NCBI GenBank assembly: GCA_013265495.1
Contig: MU058037.1
Coordinates: 312,001-376,000, forward strand
DNA from: Vicugna vicugna
Taxonomy: Eukaryota
Direction of reading: 5' to 3'
DNA: 64,000 nt
A model generated the notes under the pieces. The model did no database searches. It was not told where the DNA came from and saw only the letters and a program-made list of their open reading frames with translations. A program made the position numbers and the translations under genes. Of this stretch, positions 1 through 11,699 are shown piece by piece (the first letter of the stretch is position 1; every line of letters starts with the position of its first letter).

Positions 1-60
1 AGAGATAAATACAGAGTTGAACAAGAGGTGGTCCCTGCCATTGAGGAGCTCACAGTCAAG

Positions 61-575
61 TAAGGGTCTTAATCACTCTGCTCGCCACACGACAGGCCAG
101 GACAGGCCAATAAATGGGGAGAGGAGGTGTTGAGGGCAAGGAATAATGACGTTATTTGGAAAGCCAGGAGATCGAGAAGGTAGGGGACTAACGTCCTAGA
201 GAACCATCTTACCCAAGTCAGAATTCAGACTCCTTTTATACTAAAAGGAGGGGATGTGGTTGGTTGTTGCAAACTTCTTGGTGTCGGGAATCCTTTGTTC
301 TTGCAGCCATCTGTGTAGGTCAGGTCTGATGTTCCTGTAAACCTCCAACAAAACAAATGTTATTCTCTGTTCTGCAACTTTTTATCTCTATATGAATGGA
401 AAAGTTTTATACCCTTAAAGGTCAGAGCTTTGAGAATGGGCTATCCTGTATATTTCAGGCTCTAGGCAACATTCTTTTGAAAAGAACCAGCATGGCTAAG
501 CACGAGAAACAGAGCACAAAGTTAGAGCTGAAGGAACAAATCTAGTATGGAGTCAGATTGGTTCTCCCCTATTCT
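61..575 (-). mobile_element. ERV1-class solo LTR (artiodactyl/camelid type) inserted into an L2 fragment
   Basis: The minus strand begins AATAGGGGAGAACCAATCTGACTCCAT, typical of these LTRs, and has a TATAAAAG box at 233-240. It retains several CpGs. L2-like sequence stops at 60 and resumes at ~576. Confidence 0.75.
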
Positions 576-675
576 AGGAGGAGCAGACAGATGATGTCAG
601 TGTAGTTCAACAGGAAGTGTTAAAAGAGACAAGAGACAAGTGTCAAGGATACACAGAGGAGGGAACAAATCTATA
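576..675 (-). mobile_element. L2 3' fragment (continuation of 1-60)
   Basis: GTCCCTGCCATTGAGGAGCTCACAGTC (31-57) and GGAGCAGACAGA...ACACAGAGGAGGGA match the antisense L2 3' region. Confidence 0.55.
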
Positions 676-1724
676 CTGTCTCTAACAGGATTCCCTTGTA
701 CAAACCAAGAACAAAACTGTTTTCAATAGAGAGTTACTCCTGATTCTTTCACCAATTCGGTATCATGGGACTTCATTGTCCTCTTGAAATATTGTCCTCA
801 CTTTGCTCTGTCTACCTAGACCTGTAGTTCAAAGTCCAGGTTGGATTATATCTTTTCTTGAAGCTTCCTGTATGCCTAAAGCCCATGCTGTTTTGTTGCT
901 ATTGTGAGAGAGGGCAGGAAATTGCCTAGATTTGTGTTGGTGTTTCCTACACTGAATATTTACCTGACAAATACTAATATTTATTGATTATTCAATTCAT
1001 GTTGGGCCCCCATATACATTTCTACCAGAAATGAGGAACTTTCTTTCCATATTGTATGTATTAGATATCGTATGTGGATTGTGAATAGTCAGTGGGCTTT
1101 CTCATTCAAAAATATAGGGTTATTAATTGACACAGTCTGTCATTGAGTTGAAATATCAAAATTGTGGTTTGCTTTATAAAATTTAGTTTTTGCCTAGGGT
1201 TCATTCCCAAGGATTTTGTAGCTCTCATCTTTTCTCAGTAAATTGATTCAAGAGCTGGAGGCAATGGTTTGCATGTCACTTCTGATGAAATATTTTTTAG
1301 TTTCTAATTGCTTGATGAATATTTTGTAGAGTGAGTGAATGAAAGTTTTATACCATGTGAAAGGAAGAAATGAAAAGATTGTGAAAAGGGTATTTGTGTG
1401 TGTGTGTGTATGTGTATTCCAGTAAGTCTGTTATGTTAGCTTCATTTCAAGAAGTTAGTACAGCATTTATTCTCTCCTGGGAGCATGGACCTGCTGGAAT
1501 GTCTGATGTGGAAAAGGACAGATGACCCACTCTAAGTCTCCTTGGTGCAGAATTCCATTTTCTCTTCGAATGCCAGCAGGAAAAAAGCTTTCTCTTGCTC
1601 TGGCATTGCTTAACAATGTGAGTTTCAGGCAGTTTCAGTTGTGGGAAGATTGTGACTGACAACTCTGGAATGAGAGAAGCCTCTGCCTTTAATCCCCTGC
1701 AAATAATGATGACAACTGTAGCAT

Positions 1725-2105
1725 ATTAGTTAAGGTAATGTCAGCTGCTGAAAGAGAAACCTCCAACTCTCAGTCCTTTAAGACAATAAAAATTTATTTC
1801 TCATTCACAGTGCTGCTCATTAGCAGGCAGTTAAGCTCCTGTGATGATTTGGATACCTGGACTCCTTCCATCTTGTGGTTCCATTGCCTTCTGCTCTTAG
1901 CTTCCAAGGCCACATAGGAAAGGGTATGAATTATTATGTGTGGGATGGCTTTTATGGGCCAAGCTTGGAAGTGGTATTTATCTCCTTTGCTTACATTTTA
2001 TTGGATAAAAATTAATCGAGGGGTGCACCCTATAAGGACAGCTAGGAAATATAGTCTAGTTGGATGTCTCAGAAGAAGAAATGAATGGTCAACTAGCAGT
2101 TTCTT
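1725..2105 (-). mobile_element. MaLR LTR, MLT1J-like
   Basis: ATTAGTTAAGGTAATG...AATTTATTTCTCATTCACA...TTCCATCTTGTGG...GGAAGTGGTAT...GCTAGGAAATATAGTCTAG, the old MLT1 pattern. Confidence 0.7.
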
Positions 2106-3499
2106 TTAGACATAGGGGCACATTTTTCCAATTCAAGCCCAGGGTAAATCACAAACACTTTAGCCTTTGCAGAGAGAACCTAAATTTAGATCTGGAATTC
2201 TGGCTCAACCTGATTGCGCCCTCATACTCAAAAACTATGTGATTGCATGGCAAGGGTTAAAGGCTGTTACTTGTTGGTAAGTAGCATGAGAGGCAATCAG
2301 AACTATTTTGAAGGTCAGGCTTCCAGGAAAAAGAGATTGGTTGAAAGATGTGACAGGATTTCCCTGTCTCCTAACAGAGTACTTGAGAAGAAATTTTCCC
2401 CAGCTTGGATCAAAAGGGTAGTCTTCTGTTAATCAATATTCAGCCAGCATCTCTTTTTTTACAGTGGTTGCTTTTAGCTTATTACCTCACTATTTTTGAA
2501 TTATCTCATTGCCCTCTGAGACCCTTTTAAATTTTAACATATTGTGGTTAAGTTTCTTTTTAATCGACTATTATTAATTTGTTCCTCTTGATTGTCTTAT
2601 AAACATGCTTGCTTAGTTCTGTGCATTATATATATGAAAAAATATCAACACAGCATACCTTAGGGATAAAAGAAACCACCAGTGGGTTTTTTAAAGGCCC
2701 TAAAGTAAATACAAATGCATTTTAAAGTTGGACGATGTTAAATGAGGGGGAAATTGCTTTATAGGCCATTGGCCAGGGCTTTCCAATTTGATTAATACCT
2801 CACATTATTATTGTGGAACAATCATTACATATAGACCTGGTATAATGGAATTTCACTTTCTAGAAGAATGATCATGTAATTCCTGTGTTCAACAGAAAGT
2901 TTTATGAAACCTGGATCATTGTGTAATGCCTGATATCAAAGCCTTTCTGTGCATTTTTGCTTTCAGCATTTGAAACTTGTTTGCCTTCTCAGAATAAACA
3001 TCAAAATGATTCTTCTCTGACATAAAGTCAAAGTAGAAGCTACATGGAATTACACTATTTTCTTCTTTACAAAACACGACAGAAAATAAATTCTTAGAGT
3101 AACTGATTACAAGGTCCCCACTTAGGTTCCTAAATTATGAGGAAAATATAAATAGCAACAAATGGTATACATAGAGAAAAAATATGCATGTATATATAGA
3201 GAGAGCAAGGGGGTGATAGAACACCCAAGACTAATCATGGCTTCGTTCTTCTTTCTAAGGTCTGAAAAGAAGTAACTGTTTCTTCAGAAACTGGAACTGA
3301 GAAAGAGTAGGACATATTGTGACACTAACCATTTTCCTTACTGAGAATATTCACTCAGAGTAAGCAAGAAGTTTCAGAAAATCTCCTGGTCAAAAGTATC
3401 CGAAGCCCTTTGGTTGGGAAGGCTGAGGACCTTTAAGCAGGCTAGTTAATCACACCTTCTTTGACTCCAGTAAACCTCTGAATTTAGACTCCCTAAGTC

Positions 3500-3990
3500 A
3501 CGTGATTTGGAGGAATTTTGATGATGTGTTGACTAGGGTCTTTTAAATTAGGAAGGGACACATCTGGATGGAAAGCCCCAGTCAGAAAGGAGGAAAACAC
3601 AGTAAAGAGTGAGGATAAAAGTAGGAATACAAAGCACAGAATACCTCCCAATATTTTGCTGCCTCTCCTGATAATTTCCTTTCCCAGTAGATGGGGAAGA
3701 CATAGAGGACCTGCTATGCTGGACTCTTGTTTAACTATGGCCAAGGGATGTTTGCTGATATGTAGGGAATGGGGCAGCAACAAGATTGAACATGGTGTCT
3801 GAAAATTCATCAGCATGGTTAGACAAGGAAAGATGATTTCCAAAAAGCCAGGAAATAACATATAACTCATACAGAAACTTAAAATGGGAATATGGATCAA
3901 AGGCATTGATCTGTGAAAACTGAATTTCCAATTTCATGATTGTGTTTCCTTCAAGGAAGAAAAAGGAGCAGGGATATTTTAAGTAGCTAA
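3500..3990 (+). mobile_element. L3/CR1 LINE relic, endonuclease-domain region
   Basis: CTGATAATTTCCTTTCCCAG...AGAGGACCTGCTATGCTGGACTCTTGTTTAAC resembles CR1 'DNFLxQ...TRGxAxLDLVLTN'. It is colinear with the L3 pieces at 6.0-6.6 and 8.6-8.9 kb. Confidence 0.5.
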
Positions 3991-4051
3991 TGTGGATACC
4001 CTTAAATTTTGTCTGTTGAGTGCATGTTTAAAATTTGTGTTCACCAATACA

Positions 4052-4362
4052 TTTTTATCATAAAACAATTTCAAACTTTCAGAAAAGTTGCCAGTTCAGT
4101 ACAAAGAACCTTTTCTTTTCTGGAACCCTTTGAGAGTATACTGACAACATGATGTTCCATCCTTCCTGAACACTTTAACATGTATGTCCTGAAGACAAGG
4201 ACATTCTTCTACATGTCTACTATACAACCATCAAAATGATTAAATTATCACCAACACATTACTACCATCTCATCCTCAGACCCCATTCAAATTTCACCAA
4301 CTGTCCCAATAGCTTTATAGCAAAAAGATTGAGTCCAGAATCATGTTGTGCACTTGTCATGT
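4052..4362 (-). mobile_element. Old L1 3' UTR (L1MC/L1ME type)
   Basis: AATTTCAAACTTTCAGAAAAGTTGC...AAGGACATTCTTCTACAT...CATTCAAATTTCACCAACTGTCCCAATA. Confidence 0.7.
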
Positions 4363-4519
4363 ATTTTTCTTTAGACTGATGAGCTCAGATTTAAAAAGAC
4401 ATTTTCTAAAATAAAAAAGAAAGAATATATGACCAAGGACAATTTTATGAGTGATATAATCCCAAAAGGATAGAATCAGTGAAGATAAAACCAGAAATAC
4501 AAAAACCAAAATGATTTTT

Positions 4520-6010
4520 TTAAACACTTTATTTTTTAATGCAGTTTTAAGTTTACAAAAAAATTGAGAGTAAGGTACAGAGACCTCCAGGATACTCCCT
4601 GTCCCCATATATGCACATACTCTTCTATTACCAGCTCACCACTCCCCAGGATGATACATTTTTTTTGCCAAAGGTGAACCTACATTGTCACATCATAATC
4701 ACCCTGAGTCCACTCTTGGTGCTGTACATTTAATGGGTTTGGACAAATGTATAATGACATGTATCCATCATGTTAATATCACACAGAGTATTTTCACTGC
4801 CCTGAAAACCTACATTTTGCCTATTCAACTCTTCCTACCACTTCTGGCAACCATTGATCTTTTTACAGTCTTTGTAGTTTTGCCTTTTCTAGAATGTCAT
4901 ATAGTTAGAATCATATAGCCTTCTCAGATTGGCTCCTTCTACTTAGAAATATGCATTTAAGGTTCCTCCCTGTCTTTTAATGACTTGATGGCTCATTTCT
5001 TTTTAGCACTGAATAGTATTCCATTGTCTGGATGTACCACAGTATATCCATTCATCTACCGAAAGACATCTTGGTTGCTTCCAAGTTTTGGCAATTATAA
5101 ATAAAGCTGTTTTAAACATCTGAGGGCAGGTTTTTGTGTGGACCTAAGTTTTCAACACGTTTGGGTAAATACAAAAGAGCACCATTGCTGGATTGTATGT
5201 TAAAAGCATGTTTAGTTTTGTAAGTACCATCTTCCACAGTGGCTGTATTATTTTTCAGTTCCACCAGCAACACATAAAAGTTGCTGTTGCTCCACATCCT
5301 CACCAGCATTTGGTGTTGTCAGTGTTCCAGAGTTTGGCCATTCTAATAGGTGTACAGCTATATCTGATATCTTGTTATAATTTTAATTTCCCTTATGACA
5401 TACCATGTGGAGCATCTTTTCATATGCTTATTTTCCATCTGTATATTTTCTTTGATGAGATGTCTGTTAAGGTCTTTGGCCCATTTTTTGATCAGGTTGT
5501 TTTCTTATTGTTGATTGAGAGTTCTTTCCATATCTTGTGTAACGGTTCTTTATCAGATATATTTTTTGGAATTAACTTTCTCCCAGTCTGTGGCTTGTCA
5601 TCTTCTTTCAACATAGTCTTTCACAGAACAGAAGTTTTTAGTTTTAATGAAGTCCGTGCTTATCAATTATTTATTTCATGGTTTGTGCCTTGATGTATCT
5701 AAAATGTCATAGCAATACCCAATGTTATCCAGGTTTTCTTCTATGTTACCTTCTAGGAGTTTTATAGCTTTGCATTTTACATTTAGGCCTATGATCCATT
5801 TTGGGTTAATTTTTGAGAAAGGTATAAGGTCTGTGGTCTAGATTTATTTTCTTTGCATGTGGATGTTCAGTTCTTCCCGCACCATCTATTGAAGAGACTG
5901 TCTTTGCTCCTTTGATTGCCTCTGCTCCTACATCAAAGATCAACTGACTATATTTATGTGGGTCTACTTCCAGATTCTCTATTCTGTTCCATTGATTTAT
6001 TTGTCTACAA
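4520..6010 (-). mobile_element. 5'-truncated L1 (L1MC1/2-like 3' UTR plus ORF2 C-terminus)
   Basis: TTTATTTTTTAATGCAGTTTTAAGTTTACAAAAAAATTGAG start, then canonical antisense ORF2 C-terminal sequence (CCACATCCTCACCAGCATTTGG; TTCTAGGAGTTTTATAG). This explains the ORFs at 4685, 5112 and 5193. Confidence 0.9.
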
Positions 6011-6019
6011 AATGTGTTT

Positions 6020-6560
6020 AGTTATCTTTTATGCAACCTGAACAAAGAAGGACTTCAGAAAGATGAGTTAGTGATAACCTATGATGGGAAGAGAGAGCTA
6101 CATACCTTTGCAAGTTGGAAGGGGTAAGAAAAGCTCCATTTAGGACAAAATTCTCAGATATAAGAGAAGATAATTGCAGAGTATTTCTTGATTTCAAATG
6201 AATTTAACTTTGTCCAGATGAACTGCCTCTGAGAAACTGTCAGAATCTACATATGCATGTACATCATCTCTGTTTATTTTGAAGAATTATGGAAAACAGT
6301 AGAAAAGCCAAATGAAAGCCCCAGTTCTTGAATCAACCTCTATCTGCGGGAAGTTTCCAGTGGAATGCTTCAGGACTTGTCAACATGCTCATTGAGTGTT
6401 TATTGGAGAATATACTTATTAAATTATTGTTTATTCTGAGATATAAGATAAACTAGCTGACAAAAGGAAGATATAAAACTATTCTGATAAGATGGAACGA
6501 TGGGTCAAAATTAACAAAATAAAATGTAATAGGAGATATAGTTAACTGATTTTTTATAAA
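6020..6560 (+). mobile_element. L3/CR1 relic, reverse transcriptase (RT) region
   Basis: CCAGATGAACTG (PDEL), TTTATTTTGAAGAATTATGGAAAACAG (IFEExWxT) and GATAAGATGGAACGATGGGTCAAAATTAACAAAATAAAATGTAAT (DxLExWxxxNxMKFN) are CR1 motifs. Confidence 0.65.
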
Positions 6561-7895
6561 GGTACAAAGATTGCAGACAAGCAAGTATTAAAAGCTAGAA
6601 TGATCTGTATGGTAATGGATTAGATTTGGAGACATCAGTATGAACTCATATTTAGTTCTTAATATAGATGCAAAATGATGCTTTTGAAATATCTATAGAT
6701 ATATGTAAATATACAGGTTCCTATATACATATAATATTTCTTTTCCATGTTACCTGAGCGGGCCTCAAACTATAACACTCTGATGGAAATGAGCAAATCC
6801 AGTGCTAAGCTCTTGGTTTCAAATATCATTTTCTAATAAAAGGAGCCATGGCTTCTTTGAGAAGTGGTTGATTTTAGGACTGGGCAGGGAATATTCAAGA
6901 TGACGCTGAAGTATCTTGTAGTGCCAGAAAGTAAGAAAGTACTAAAAAAAACAAAAAGAAAAACAAAACAAACAAACAAAAAACAAAACCCAAAGCAAAC
7001 AACAGTGGCAACAACAATGGGGGAGTATGTCAAAAGGACATAGGGGCCAATTAAAAGAGCTCACAGTGACCAAAGCTGAAACAAAGTGAGCAACAAAATA
7101 AATAATATCATATTGAATTATAACCCAAAGTAGAAAATAAATACCCTTGAGTCCAAACTTTTATTAAAAAATAATTGAATGAATAAATAAATGAAGAAAA
7201 AGAGACAAATCTCTTGTACAGAAGAATCCTAATTTTTTATTTAATACTCCCCTGTCAAGGAGGTGGAGTTCAGATCTCCAGCCCTGAATGGGGGGGGGGG
7301 AGTTGTGAATTGTGACTTCCTTCCAGAGAAGACTATATGGAAAGTGGGAAAAAGAACAACTTTACAGTGGAGAAACCTGAGAAACACTACTGCAGCCAGG
7401 TAGTCAAAGTTAGCATCACTAGTGTTAAGTTATATTGAAAACATGTATTCCTGATAAGCCAGGATGAAAATAACACACTATCTATGTGGTCTTCTCCCAA
7501 AGCCCCATTACTCAAGTTTAATCATGAGTAAAACATCAGATGACTAAAAGATCAGATTCCCATTTGAGGGAATCCTACTAAAGACCTGAGTAGTACTCCT
7601 CGAAGCCATCAAAATGATCAAAAATAGGAAGATTCTGAGAAACTGTCACAGTCTAGAGGAGCCTAAGGAGACATGACAGCTAAATGTAATGTGCTCTCCT
7701 GGATGGAATCCTGGACAGAAAAAAGGATATTATGGGAAAACTCAAATCTGAAAGTGTGGACCTAAATTAATATTTATGTATCAATATTTTTCATTTGTTG
7801 TGACAAAAGTACCATACTAATGTAAGATGTTAATAGGAGAAACTGGGAGTGGGGCATATGGGATCTCTCTGTACTATCTTTACAACTTTGTATAT
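6560..7895 (+). mobile_element. L1MC3/4-like 3' UTR
   Basis: AAAAGCTAGAATGATCTGTATGGTAATGGATTAGA...TTTACAGTGGAGAAACCTGA...GGAGCCTAAGGAGACATGACAGCTAAATGTAATGTG...CTCTCTGTACTATCTTT. Confidence 0.85.
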
Positions 7896-8019
7896 TAATA
7901 TCAATTAGATTTTAAACAAAACCCTCTGTACTTGGGTTAACACTCTAATCCAAATGCTCATCTTTTTTCACTGGTCTGTTACAGAAGTCTTTTGTTCAGT
8001 CCTTCTGTTCCCACTGTTG

Positions 8020-8602
8020 TGTCCTCTCCACAGAGGAGCCAGAGAAATTTCTTTTCTAAGTGTAAATCACATCACATCATTCTGCCCCCAAGCCCTGTGA
8101 TGTCTTTTCATAATACTTGGGATGAAATCCAAATCCTTTACCATGGTATGCAAGACTCCACATGATCTGGTCACTCATTTCCTACCAGTCACATCCTACC
8201 ATCCTTCCCCTTATTGTCTCTTTATTGGCCATAGTGGCCTCTTGTTCCTCACATATTCAATTGTATGACATAGCATATGTATTTCTTTTGCCTAGGAAGC
8301 TCTCTCTCAGATCTTTGCATGGCTTTTTACTTTATATATGTCAGATGTTTGTTCAAATATCATCTCCTAAAAGAGGTCTTCCCTGACACTTCAGTTTATC
8401 ATAGCCTTGGTCTTATTCTTTTAAACTTTTTATCTTGCTTCATTTTTAATAGTACTTATTACTGATCGTTATAATAATTTCAAATAATTTCAAACTTTCA
8501 AAAAGTACATGTTCATAATAACAGGTCTTTGGTTTGTTTTACACATGCTATGCTTTCGTTGTCTACAACCATGGATAGTAAGTTAGTGAATGAATAGATA
8601 AA
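8020..8602 (+). mobile_element. L2 3' end
   Basis: CCACAGAGGAGCCAGAG...TGTAAATCACATCACATC...AAATCCAAATCCTTTACCATGG, ending in the GTGAATGAAT tail. Confidence 0.75.
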
Positions 8603-8604
8603 AA

Positions 8605-8925
8605 CCTGACTGCTTAAGTGCTATGTGAGGTTATCAGACATGCTAACACATACTTAAGATTCCATTAATAGAAATACATCTCCTTAAATAAAGGAAAAAA
8701 AGAATAGACTGATTTGGCCATTGTCTTATCAACCTATTTCTGGAAATATTTGTTTAATCCTGATTATCACATTTTCAGATGTTCGTGTACAAATTGAATT
8801 ATCCAAATGAGTGCAATAAATTATAATGTGTTTAGAAACTATCAATTGACGATTAATAGAATTGGGCATGATTGTCCTGAAGACCTGAGGAGATCTTGAT
8901 AGGTGTCTTTAAATATTTTACTCAT
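8605..8925 (+). mobile_element. L3/CR1 relic, ORF2 C-terminus
   Basis: CATTAATAGAA...TGGAAATATTTGTTTAATCCTG...AGAATTGGGCATGATT...CTGAGGAGATCTTGATAGGTGTCTTTAAATA resembles the CR1 C-terminus (LRGDLIxVFKY). Confidence 0.6.
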
Positions 8926-9824
8926 TTAAATTCTACAATAAATTTGATAGCCACGTGCCAGGTACAGTGTTCAGTCCTGGAAATGAAATGAATAAACACA
9001 TGAAGGAAGAAAAGATTGCTTTTGCCTCCTACGAGTGTTATTGGCTCCAACTTGTGGATGTTTTAGTTGTGAAGATTTTGATTTAACATAAGGAAACAGA
9101 TTTTTAATAATAAACACACTATTAATGAAATAATTAAAAGCTGGTATTAAGTTCCCTGACTCACAAGAAATGCTTAATCAGTGAGTGCCTGGCTACCTTT
9201 CCTAGATCTTAGAGGAAAAGTCCTTCATTAGGAAAAATAAATACTGAACCAGTTACCTCTATGTTTCTAAGTCTAAAATTCTGTGATTCTAGAGGATTGC
9301 AGATATGATGCAGATGATAATGCCACATTTTTCCTACTGCTGGGAATAGAGTGCTTAGTCAGTATTTTCTCTGTGTGGCATTCTGACAACCTCAGGTGCA
9401 TGCAGTATTTCAGCAGAGAAGAGATTAGATTAACTATTGTTGAAATTCTTTACAAGGAAGTGGAGGGGGTCAAGACCTGATTTACAATCTGGTCTCCCTG
9501 GCATAAAAAAAAAAAATGAAAGACATAAAAAAAAAAAGGCCTTGAAAATAGTCTCTTCATGCTCCAATTAGAACCACGATCTCTCTTCAAATAGAAAAGC
9601 TAACTGGAAAAGATATTGACTACTAGACTCCTAAAGTATCCGGTTCCTTCAACATCCACTCTCACGCAAGATGCCCCATGGTATAGTAGAAAATACTAAG
9701 CATTTACAGAGTTATTTTCAAAACAATGTTTGAGTGGTGATGGAGGAAAATAGAACACATGGTTGACAACCTCTATGATGAGAGAAATTTCAGAGTGGAA
9801 AGCGTGTGTTTGGTGCTCTTTCCC

Positions 9825-10345
9825 TGTATATTGATCAGGATCTCAGCAGGAAACAGGTGACATGCCCCGAGGAGTAACTGAAGGGTTTTTGTGTATTTTT
9901 TTTTAATGAAGGGACTATATACAGAGGAATAGGCAGGGTTAAAGGAAACAACATGGGATAGTCAAATACTCAGTGTTGGTAACAGCAAGAAACCATTGGT
10001 ACCCCTAGGTCTGAAAGGGAAAGGGGATGAAGTTGTTACTGGAACCCACTGAGAACTATGACTATGCCTTTGGGCCTCCCTGACAGGGTCTTTGATCATA
10101 GGTAGATGAATTTGGCCACTACTGAACTGCATCTGAGCAGAGAGGAAGCAGGGGGATAAATACTCCAAACTTTCTCTTCTGTTCTCTGATCTCCTGCGGG
10201 TGCTTCCCACTATGCAGACTTACCTGGAAGTCAGAGGACAAGGAGGCCTGGTTGATAATCCATGAAGGTCAGCATCCTGGGAGACAAAACAGTATGAAGG
10301 ACTGAGAATGGATCTAGAGGGACAATTGGAAAGGAACTTGCACTC
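9825..10345 (-). mobile_element. MaLR LTR, MLT1K/L-like
   Basis: TGTATATTGATCAGGATCTCAGCAGGAAACAG...TTAATGAAGGGACTAT...CTGATCTCCTGC...GGAAGTCAGAGGACAAGG. Confidence 0.75.
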
Positions 10346-10614
10346 TCATTATCTCCCTGAACATGACCTTCACGGAATCCAAAAGCAAATAGTAGCACTT
10401 TTGTAGACAAGTTCAGGTTCTAGGCATCATATTGTGTTTCCATCACCTGGAGTGCTGTTCTTATTTACACAGATACTATTGTCTCATCAGTTCTAGATCC
10501 TTGTTTCAGCCTGGGAGAAAAGGAAAGAGGAACCAAGACACATAGTTTTGTGTTTAATGGAATTATCAAGGTGTTGTACTCATCATTCCTGTTCACAGTC
10601 TATTGCCATGAAAT

Positions 10615-11128
10615 AATTCACGTTCATTTATTCAGCACATATTTATTGAATGCCTATTGCATGCCAGGCACTCTACGCACTTGATATATCAGAGAACAAA
10701 ACAGAGATCCTTGTCCTTGTGCAGTTTCCATTCTAGCAGGGGAGGCAGACAACAAATAATAATAAATTAGTGAACCATATAAGGAGGTGATAAGTGCTAT
10801 GGAAAGAATTAAAATTAAAACAGGGTAAGAAGTAGTGAGAATATTGGGTCAGAAGCATTACAATTTTAAATAAGGTAGTCAGGCCTCTTAGAGAGGTAAG
10901 AGGGTCCCAGATCAAATACAGTTTTGTAGGGTATTGCAAGCATTTTGTCTCTCACTCTAAGTGAAATGGGAAGTCATTACAGGTTTTGAGAATGAGAATG
11001 AATGATCTGATGTATTTTTAAAAAATTATGTTGGGTGCTCTATAGACTATAGAGGATGACAGTAGAAACAGAGTCCTGTTAGGAGGCTATTGGCAATAAT
11101 CCAGGTGAGAGATGACATTAGCTAGAAC
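10615..11128 (-). mobile_element. L2a-like 3' end
   Basis: TTCATTTATTCAGCACATATTTATTGAATGCCTATTGCATGCCAGGCACT...GTTAGGAGGCTATTG...ATCCAGGTGAGAGATGA. Confidence 0.85.
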
Positions 11129-11374
11129 TGTACCTCTTTGGGCTTCATACCCCTTTTAAAATCTCTGCAGTGGCTTCCCATTCACTCAGGGTAAAAGGCA
11201 AGGTATGGTAAATATGTGGGTATAGAACAATGTGGTATAAAACCACAGTGATGTCTAATTTATGGGATTAAAATCAAAGTAGAATGATCATACTGGAAAA
11301 TATTAGCAAATTTTGTGGGGAGTATGGTTGGAGTTTGAACATTTTAGAATCTTTGCATTGTCAGGGAATAAAGG

Positions 11375-11485
11375 ATATTGTAGTAATTATTTCACAATGT
11401 ATATGTATATCAAAACATCACATTGTATACATTAAATATGTCCAATTTTTGTCAATTATACCTCAGTAAAACTGGAAAAAAAATT
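11375..11485 (+). mobile_element. L1 extreme 3' end (L1MA/MB-like)
   Basis: TTTCACAATGTATATGTATATCAAAACATCACATTGTATAC...GTCAATTATACCTCAGTAAAACTGGAAAAAAAA. Confidence 0.75.
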
Positions 11486-11699
11486 TGAAAGGAGATTGAT
11501 TAACTTTGGAAGATTTAGTATGTGTGCTATATTATCCAGAATGACCACTGAATGAATAGACAGTCTATTTTTCCAAAAAGTAGAAAGAAAAAAAAAATGT
11601 AAGAAAAAGGCACCATAATCAGTTTTTAAGAAGAAAGGGCAAAGTGGGTAGGGAGGAACTAGAAAAGCAGGAAAAATAGCCAGGACAACATAAAATTTT

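Noticed and set aside
5193..5693. Longest ORF (166 aa), hydrophobic
   Set aside because: It is the antisense reading of an L1 ORF2 C-terminus, not a membrane-protein gene.
7290..7300. G11 run as a possible G-quadruplex
   Set aside because: It is a single homopolymer expansion within an L1MC 3' UTR.
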